This document shows positions 58,233 through 64,000 of a stretch of DNA of 64,000 nt, one piece after another. Location of the stretch: NCBI GenBank assembly GCA_016928395.1, contig JAFGKV010000036.1, positions 1 to 64,000 on the forward strand, given 5' to 3'. Positions within the stretch are counted from its first letter, which is position 1; every line of letters begins with the position of its first letter. The translations under genes were made by a program, and so were the position numbers. This stretch comes from Candidatus Fermentibacterota bacterium. Its GTDB lineage: Bacteria; JAFGKV01. The notes beneath the pieces were generated by a model. That model was not told the origin of the DNA and searched no databases. It worked only from the letters and a program-made list of their open reading frames with translations.

Positions 58233-59459
58233 CTATGTCCCGCCGGCATACCGGCGAGTTGCCAGGACAAACGTCTCGAGATCCGCCAGACTCGGTGCCT
58301 CAATGCCCCGATGGCCAAGCGCCGTGAGGTCGGGCACCGTGCCCTGGAACACACCGGGACACCCGAAATGTGCCAACCACTCGCTGAGGGTCCGGTCCCA
58401 TGCGCCGACCCGCCACAGGAGGGTTGCCGAACTGAGCAGCGCCGGGCCGTGCAATCCTGCGGCCATGCTCTCACCGGCATGGCGTGCCCAGCGGGTCAGC
58501 GTCACACAGGAACCGCGCCTCGTGAGAGAATCCACATCAGCCATGGCGCCGACCAGGAGGGCCGCCGCCTGGGGACGCAGATGCTCACCCAGGGTATCCA
58601 CCATCGTCAGTACCGTTGCCGTCATGGCCTGGGGAGACGACAGCCAGGACAGCAGATCGCTGTCCTTGTTCCAACCCACGGCCAAACGGTACGTGGTCAG
58701 AATGTCCATGCCCGTCCCATCACGGCAGCGGTACCCTCCCGTTGCCGCGTCCAGGAGATGCTCATCACAGACGAGACGAAACTCCCTGTCCCATTCGGGC
58801 TCCCACCCGATGAGATCGTGGGTGATGAACCGAAGCCACGGCAGCCAGGCCGCATCTCGAACGGGCCACGCAAGGCCTGCGCGAGATGCGGCGTCATAGG
58901 TCGCAGCCATGACCGATCGGGCCGCTTCCTTTCGATGCACGATGGTCAGGAAGATCAGCGGATGAACATCCTCCAAGAGGGAACGGTCCCACCTCAGAAT
59001 GCGAAGGGCTTCCGCAGTCTCACCCACGGCAAGCCACAACGGTGCCTCGGGGTGAACCCATGCTCCTGTAACATCATTCTGGCGTGCGGCCAGCCATGCG
59101 GCCAAATCCTCCAGTGTCTGGGGCTGTCGCCGCCGCGCCGTGCGCGCCCTAGAATACTCCTTTCGCCACAGTGTCAGGACATGTTCGGTCATGACCGGAT
59201 CATCATCCGCCAGGCGGGACCATTCCGCCCACCGGCCGAATTGCCTTGCTGCCAAGTCGCCGTGCACCGTACCCAGCGCTACGCATGACGCATGGAGCCG
59301 ATGCGCCCGGCGTCCTTGCGCGTGAAGATACTCACTCCTGAGCACTTCCCGTTCCTCGGGGGGGAGCTTTAGGAATGCCTCGGTACCGAACCGCGCTCTC
59401 TCAGTGGAGCACCCCATGGCCAAGGTTGCAGCCAAAACTCCCGTGGCAATCGCTCTCAC
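58233..59459 (-). CDS. Hypothetical lipoprotein, predicted helical
   Basis: 408-aa ORF filling the gap, co-oriented with neighbours; lipobox LAMGC; no family recognised. Confidence 0.55.
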   Translation of the reverse strand: MRAIATGVLAATLAMGCSTERARFGTEAFLKLPPEEREVLRSEYLHAQGRRAHRLHASCVALGTVHGDLAARQFGRWAEWSRLADDDPVMTEHVLTLWRKEYSRARTARRRQPQTLEDLAAWLAARQNDVTGAWVHPEAPLWLAVGETAEALRILRWDRSLLEDVHPLIFLTIVHRKEAARSVMAATYDAASRAGLAWPVRDAAWLPWLRFITHDLIGWEPEWDREFRLVCDEHLLDAATGGYRCRDGTGMDILTTYRLAVGWNKDSDLLSWLSSPQAMTATVLTMVDTLGEHLRPQAAALLVGAMADVDSLTRRGSCVTLTRWARHAGESMAAGLHGPALLSSATLLWRVGAWDRTLSEWLAHFGCPGVFQGTVPDLTALGHRGIEAPSLADLETFVLATRRYAGGT

Positions 59460-59519
59460 CGGGTTCTCCCCACGCGTGCCATTGTCTCTCGGAAAGCGGT
59501 GCCGCGACAGACGAGAAGC

Positions 59520-62024
59520 CTATGCGCTGACAAGGCTCAAGAGCCTGTCCTGAACGTAGACCACCCGTGCCGGGAGCGCACCGCCCATGTAGCGCGCCAC
59601 CGTGGGGAGAAGCAGTGCCTGGGCCACCACCTCCTCCTGTGACGCGCCGGCGGGAACCTGCAGCTTGTCACGGATCTTGCCGTTGACCTGCACCATCACC
59701 AGCGTCATGGCCCTGACCAAGGCATCTTCGTCCCACTTTGGCCACGCCTGGCGGTGAACACTGCCGGACCTGCCCATGTACTCCCAAAGCTCCTCGGAGA
59801 TGAATGGCGTCATGGGAGAGAGCAACCTGACCAAAGACTCGATGGCGAAACCCCACGTCGAGCCCAGGGCCGTTCGTCGTTCTCTCAGGGAGTAGAGATA
59901 GTTCAAGAACTCCATCAAGGCTGCCACCGCGGTATTGAACTCGAAGTTGTCGATATCGAGGCTCACCTTCCTGATGGTCTTGTGAACATGGTAGGCCAAA
60001 TCCCGTGCGTGTTCGTCGTAGGGTTCCGGCCCTGGCACGCCGTCATCTGCAGATTCCACCACTAAGGACCACACCCGTTTGAGAAACCGGTGCACACCCG
60101 CAATACCGCTCTCCTGCCATGCCACATCGGTTTCAAAAGGCCCGATGAAGAGCAGGAACAGACGCAGCGCATCCGCTCCGTAGCGCTGGGCCATCTGGTC
60201 CGGCGTGACCACGTTGCCCAGAGATTTGGACATCTTCCGGCCGTCCTCCCCGAGCATCATTCCCTGATTCTTCAGCACCGTGAAAGGCTCATCAAAATCG
60301 ACCAGTCCCGCATCGTACATGACTTTTGTCCAGAACCTGGCATACAACAGGTGCATGACGGCATGCTCGGCCCCGCCCACATACAGATCAACCGGGAGCC
60401 AGTAGGCCAGGGCCTCTGGGTCAACCGGGCCCTCGCTGTACCCGGGGGAGGCAAAGCGGAGGAAATACCACGATGAACAGGCGAAACCGTCCATGGTGTC
60501 GGTCTCGCGAGCCGCGGGACCCCCGCACGACGGACACGGGGTGCGCACCCATTCCTCGCACCGGGCCAGAGGAGAACGCCCGCTCTCGTCGGGCTCGAAG
60601 TCTACGAGGTCAGGCAGGTGCACGGGAAGCTGCTCTTCGGGAACCGGGACAGCGCCGCAGGATGGGCAGTGGACGATCGGGATGGGCGCGCCCCAGTAGC
60701 GCTGGCGGCTTATGAGCCAGTCGTGAATCCGGTAGTCCGTGGTCAAGCACCCGAACCCCTCATGCTCGGCATAAACCCCCATGCGCTGCATGGCCTCATG
60801 GGATTCTAGGCCGCTGAAAGGGCCGCTGTTCACCAGGACTCCCGGCTCCTCGCTGGCGTGATCCAGATCGCCGTGGACCACTCCGTCCGGCGAGATGACC
60901 TCTCGAATGGGGAGAGTGTAACGGCGAGCAAAGGCGAAATCACGACGATCATGGGCAGGCACCGCCATGATCGCACCGGTGCCATAGTCGGGAAGCACAT
61001 AGTCGGCCACGAAGAGGGGAATCCCCTCCTGGTTAAAGGGGTTTATCGCGTAGGCACCGGTGAAGACGCCGGTCTTCTCCCTGTCATCCGCAGCCTTGCG
61101 CTCGGTGTCGGTCTTCTTGACTGCCTGGGCCACATAGCTGCGCACGGCAGCGTCTTGATCAGCGGTGGTGGCAATCTCCACGACCGGGTGCTCAGGAGCC
61201 ACGACGCAGAAGGTCGCGCCGTAGATTGTGTCAATCCTTGTGGTGAACACGGGCAGGTCGTGCTGCCTACCGTGCACATCGACAACCGTGAAGACGATCC
61301 GTGCGCCCTCCGACTTGCCGATCCAGTTCCGCTGCATGGCCTTGATGCCTTCAGGCCAGACCACGCGATCAAGCCCTTCCAGCAACCGGTCGGCGTAGCC
61401 CGTGATCTTGAAGTACCACTGCTTCAATTGCTTGCGCGTGAGCTCTGTCTCACAGCGCCAGCACTGACCCGACGATGCCTGCTCGTTGGACAGCACGATC
61501 CTACACCGGGGGCACCACCATTGCGGATGAACATCTTGGTATGCCAGCCCGCGCTTGAACAGGAGCAGGAAAAACCACTGCGTCCAGCGGTAGTAGGCCG
61601 GATCACTGCTGAAGACCTCCCGGCTCCAGTCGTATGAAAGCTCGAAAACGTCCATCTGGCGGCGGTAGTTGGCCGCGTTCCGTGCGGTGGTGACCGCAGG
61701 ATGCTGGTGTACGCGTATGGCATATTCCTCAGCCGGCTGCCCAAAGGCATCCCACCCCATGGGATGCAACACATTGTAGCCCTCCAGGCGCCGTTTCCGG
61801 CAGACCACATCGGTGGGCACATAGTTCTTTCCGTGGCCAACCGACAGCCCCGATCCCGAAGGGTAGGGGAAGAAGTCCAGGCAGTACAGCTTCGGCCGGT
61901 CTGGCTCGCACGGGGTCGAGTAGAGTCCGGCTTCTCGCCACCGCGGGCGCCACTTGGCCTCCATGGCCGCGAAGTCATAACGCGGGGACACTACGCTAGG
62001 CCTCGTTTGATCTGCACAGTTCAT
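59520..62024 (-). CDS. leuS: Leucine--tRNA ligase
   Basis: FPYPSG.GLSVGH, PMGWDAFG, MQRNWIGKSEG, editing domain VFTTR...YGTGAIMAVPAHD.RD, DWLISRQRYWG, KMSKS, VQVNGK. Confidence 0.96.
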   Translation of the reverse strand: MNCADQTRPSVVSPRYDFAAMEAKWRPRWREAGLYSTPCEPDRPKLYCLDFFPYPSGSGLSVGHGKNYVPTDVVCRKRRLEGYNVLHPMGWDAFGQPAEEYAIRVHQHPAVTTARNAANYRRQMDVFELSYDWSREVFSSDPAYYRWTQWFFLLLFKRGLAYQDVHPQWWCPRCRIVLSNEQASSGQCWRCETELTRKQLKQWYFKITGYADRLLEGLDRVVWPEGIKAMQRNWIGKSEGARIVFTVVDVHGRQHDLPVFTTRIDTIYGATFCVVAPEHPVVEIATTADQDAAVRSYVAQAVKKTDTERKAADDREKTGVFTGAYAINPFNQEGIPLFVADYVLPDYGTGAIMAVPAHDRRDFAFARRYTLPIREVISPDGVVHGDLDHASEEPGVLVNSGPFSGLESHEAMQRMGVYAEHEGFGCLTTDYRIHDWLISRQRYWGAPIPIVHCPSCGAVPVPEEQLPVHLPDLVDFEPDESGRSPLARCEEWVRTPCPSCGGPAARETDTMDGFACSSWYFLRFASPGYSEGPVDPEALAYWLPVDLYVGGAEHAVMHLLYARFWTKVMYDAGLVDFDEPFTVLKNQGMMLGEDGRKMSKSLGNVVTPDQMAQRYGADALRLFLLFIGPFETDVAWQESGIAGVHRFLKRVWSLVVESADDGVPGPEPYDEHARDLAYHVHKTIRKVSLDIDNFEFNTAVAALMEFLNYLYSLRERRTALGSTWGFAIESLVRLLSPMTPFISEELWEYMGRSGSVHRQAWPKWDEDALVRAMTLVMVQVNGKIRDKLQVPAGASQEEVVAQALLLPTVARYMGGALPARVVYVQDRLLSLVSA

Positions 62025-62034
62025 ACCCCCCACG

Positions 62035-63801
62035 CTATTCACCAGCATAGATAACGGCGATCTTTGTCGCCTCAAGACGTTCAACCTCCGAGTCCATCTG
62101 CTTGGACTTTTTCTCGACATACTGGGCACGTTCGGTATCATTGCCGGCGCGGAAGAGCTGACGGGCCCTCTCGAAGTAGTCCTTCGCCTGCCGCACCATG
62201 ACGATGGCTTCGTCGAACATCTTCTCGGCTTGGTCATACCTCAAAACGTAGTCGATGTTCTTGTCCTTCACATGGTCCCTGGCGGCCTGTTCCTTCCTTT
62301 CGGACTCGCGCTCCTTGATCTCTCCCGCGGCCATGAGCACGATGGGTTCGGAGGGGCCTTTCCGGAGAGCGTCTCCGATCTGATTCCGCGCCTGGTCCAG
62401 CCTTCCTACATCCGCCAGGGCCAAGGCCAAAAACGCCATGGCATTCACGTTGTCCGGGCTGCGCTTGACCACGTCGTGCAGCCGCTTGATGGCCTGTTCC
62501 TGCCTGCCTGCCCGGGCAAAGATGGGAACCTGGAGCTGAATGGGCTCGATGTTCTCAGGATCGAGCCGCTCCCATTCCTGGTAGATTTCCAATGCCCCCC
62601 TATCGTCACCGGTGTCTTCCAGAGCCTTGCCCAGGTACTTGTACACCGATGCGCCGGCCACGCCGGTCTCGTCTATCACCACGCCAATGCCCCGGCGAAC
62701 AAGATCAACAATCTGCGGCCGGGTGAATCCCATGGTATCCTGTCCTGCCCTGCCGAAATCACCAACCACAAGGTAGTCGGAGCCGGTGGCGACTATCCGG
62801 CGCCACGCAAAGGAATAGGTCGAATCCCTTTCGACCACCGACACATAGATCTTGAACGCGTCACCGATCATGCCCAAGTCTTCATACAGCCTGGCCAACG
62901 ACGCGACATACGCAATATCGTCAGTATAGGTCATGGCCTGGTGAAGCAAGTCGGTGGCCTCATCCGAACGGCCGAGGGACCTCAGGCACTGCGCCCAGTT
63001 GAAGTAGACCGGCGTGTAGCTGCTGTCCGCGGCCAAGGCCTTGCTGAAAAACGGCAGGGCCTCTTCGCAGCGATCGCGCTTCTGCAACAGCACGGCCTTG
63101 TAGTAGAACGACTGGCCAAAGGACGGATCCATGGCGATGGCGGAGTCAACCAGTGCCTCGGCCTGCGTCAGGCTGTCGAGGCTGTAGTGGCAGGTCACCT
63201 CGCCAACCAACGCCGCGACATAGCTTGGATCTATGGCCGAAGACTGCTGAAACCCCCGCAGTGCATTGACATAATCACCCGACTGGAGGTACTGCAGTGC
63301 CATCTGGTAATGCCGTTCCGCCTGGAATCTGGTGAAACCACGATACTCGTCCGCCACCTGCTGGGCGAACTGCGCCTTGGACTTCTTGCTGTCCTCGACA
63401 TCCCCCTTCGTCGTCCCCGATTGGGCGGTGCCCACCTGCAAGAAACGAACGGTAACCTTGTGGATCTTCCCCACCCGCACGGCATTGCCCATGACGAGGA
63501 AGTCCACCTCAATCTTCTTGCCCAGCTCCGCAGCGGCGGTATCCACGTCGGCATATGCGGGGTCGAAACCCATGCTCTTGGCCGATGCGGCCAGCTGCTT
63601 GTCAGTCAGCACCGCGGTGCTTGGGAGACGGCCCAGCGAAACTCTGATCTCCTGGGCCAGTTTCTTGGCAAATGACCCACTCTGCGGAGTCGAAACCTGC
63701 ATCTCCATCACGGCGATGCGCGTGGGCTCGTCTGCCGATACGAACAAGGGAACAGCGACGAGAACACACAGAGTCAAGAGCCCACGGAAATGCCGATTCA
63801 T
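62035..63801 (-). CDS. Secreted TPR protein with N-terminal CsgG/TolB-N-like domain
   Basis: Signal peptide; RIAVMEM...ELGKKIEVDFLVMG...VTVRFL; many TPRs; GGAGG RBS. Confidence 0.75.
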   Translation of the reverse strand: MNRHFRGLLTLCVLVAVPLFVSADEPTRIAVMEMQVSTPQSGSFAKKLAQEIRVSLGRLPSTAVLTDKQLAASAKSMGFDPAYADVDTAAAELGKKIEVDFLVMGNAVRVGKIHKVTVRFLQVGTAQSGTTKGDVEDSKKSKAQFAQQVADEYRGFTRFQAERHYQMALQYLQSGDYVNALRGFQQSSAIDPSYVAALVGEVTCHYSLDSLTQAEALVDSAIAMDPSFGQSFYYKAVLLQKRDRCEEALPFFSKALAADSSYTPVYFNWAQCLRSLGRSDEATDLLHQAMTYTDDIAYVASLARLYEDLGMIGDAFKIYVSVVERDSTYSFAWRRIVATGSDYLVVGDFGRAGQDTMGFTRPQIVDLVRRGIGVVIDETGVAGASVYKYLGKALEDTGDDRGALEIYQEWERLDPENIEPIQLQVPIFARAGRQEQAIKRLHDVVKRSPDNVNAMAFLALALADVGRLDQARNQIGDALRKGPSEPIVLMAAGEIKERESERKEQAARDHVKDKNIDYVLRYDQAEKMFDEAIVMVRQAKDYFERARQLFRAGNDTERAQYVEKKSKQMDSEVERLEATKIAVIYAGE

Positions 63802-63880
63802 GATTCCTCCTTCTGAGGGAAAGACTCTTTGAAAACCGTTCACAACTCGCCCCGTGGGGAGCCGTAGATCCGTGCACTAC

Positions 63881-64000
63881 ATACACATCCAGGACCGCTG
63901 AACGGGCCCATCCTCAATGATGCACCCCGGTTTCCACCCGGTGTACACCGAGAGACGGCGCGCAACAGTGTTCCTTTGCAGCGGCCCTTCACGGATGTAT
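63881..64000 (-). ncRNA. Candidate structured RNA (long interrupted hairpin), cut by the window end
   Basis: Nested pairings on the minus strand: ATACATCC/GGATGTGTAT, AGGGCCGCTG/CAGCGGTCCT, GCCGTCTCTC/GAGGATGGGC, GGTGTAC/GTGCATC, CCGG/CCGG; most non-Watson-Crick pairs are G-U on the minus strand. Confidence 0.35.

Noticed and set aside
1-64000. CRISPR array, transposase, integrase, prophage or recognisable defence system
   Set aside because: No spaced repeat array or corresponding protein motifs seen; the cyclase-ATPase-TPR and Mut7-C proteins lack defence-island context.

Overview
GC-rich, gene-dense chromosomal segment from a diderm bacterium. The TonB-dependent receptor, PorV/PorQ-family barrel and proteins with T9SS/FlgD-like C-terminal sorting domains point to an FCB-related lineage (inference). 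I see 44 credible CDS and one tRNA-Leu(UAA), and no transposase, integrase, rRNA or CRISPR array. Main blocks: (i) 0.2-9 kb: a BT1-like MFS transporter with an apparently circularly permuted FN3-like insert, a cyclase-ATPase-TPR protein, ppgK, mtgA and a GT-C-like membrane protein. (ii) 9-21 kb: two paralogous secreted GH-A-like proteins (one apparently lacking the nucleophile), an RHH regulator with cysDN, and a Thr-type sulfatase-superfamily lipoprotein; three of these proteins share a C-terminal LxxLGY motif. (iii) 21-34.6 kb: a tightly coupled 10-gene minus-strand run of CTD cargo protein, tandem OB-fold CTD protein, lipoprotein, TonB receptor, PorV-like barrel, NHL lipoprotein, arcC, hpt, tdk and a TPR lipoprotein, with a divergent Mut7-C RNase. 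This is the best candidate for an undescribed system: a SusD-less, PUL-like nucleic-acid foraging locus. (iv) 35-47 kb: GT-C/TPR, cytochrome b5-DUF2231, YfhO, a 34-bp palindrome beside the tRNA, aroB, a tandem degenerate-NYN protein, DUF116 and ftcD. (v) 47-64 kb: five GT-C genes plus GT2 and a B12 radical SAM gene, downstream of a TPR gene, leuS (SVGH variant), a lipoprotein and a cyclophilin, with a long hairpin at the window edge. All family calls come from motif recognition by eye; no searches were run.
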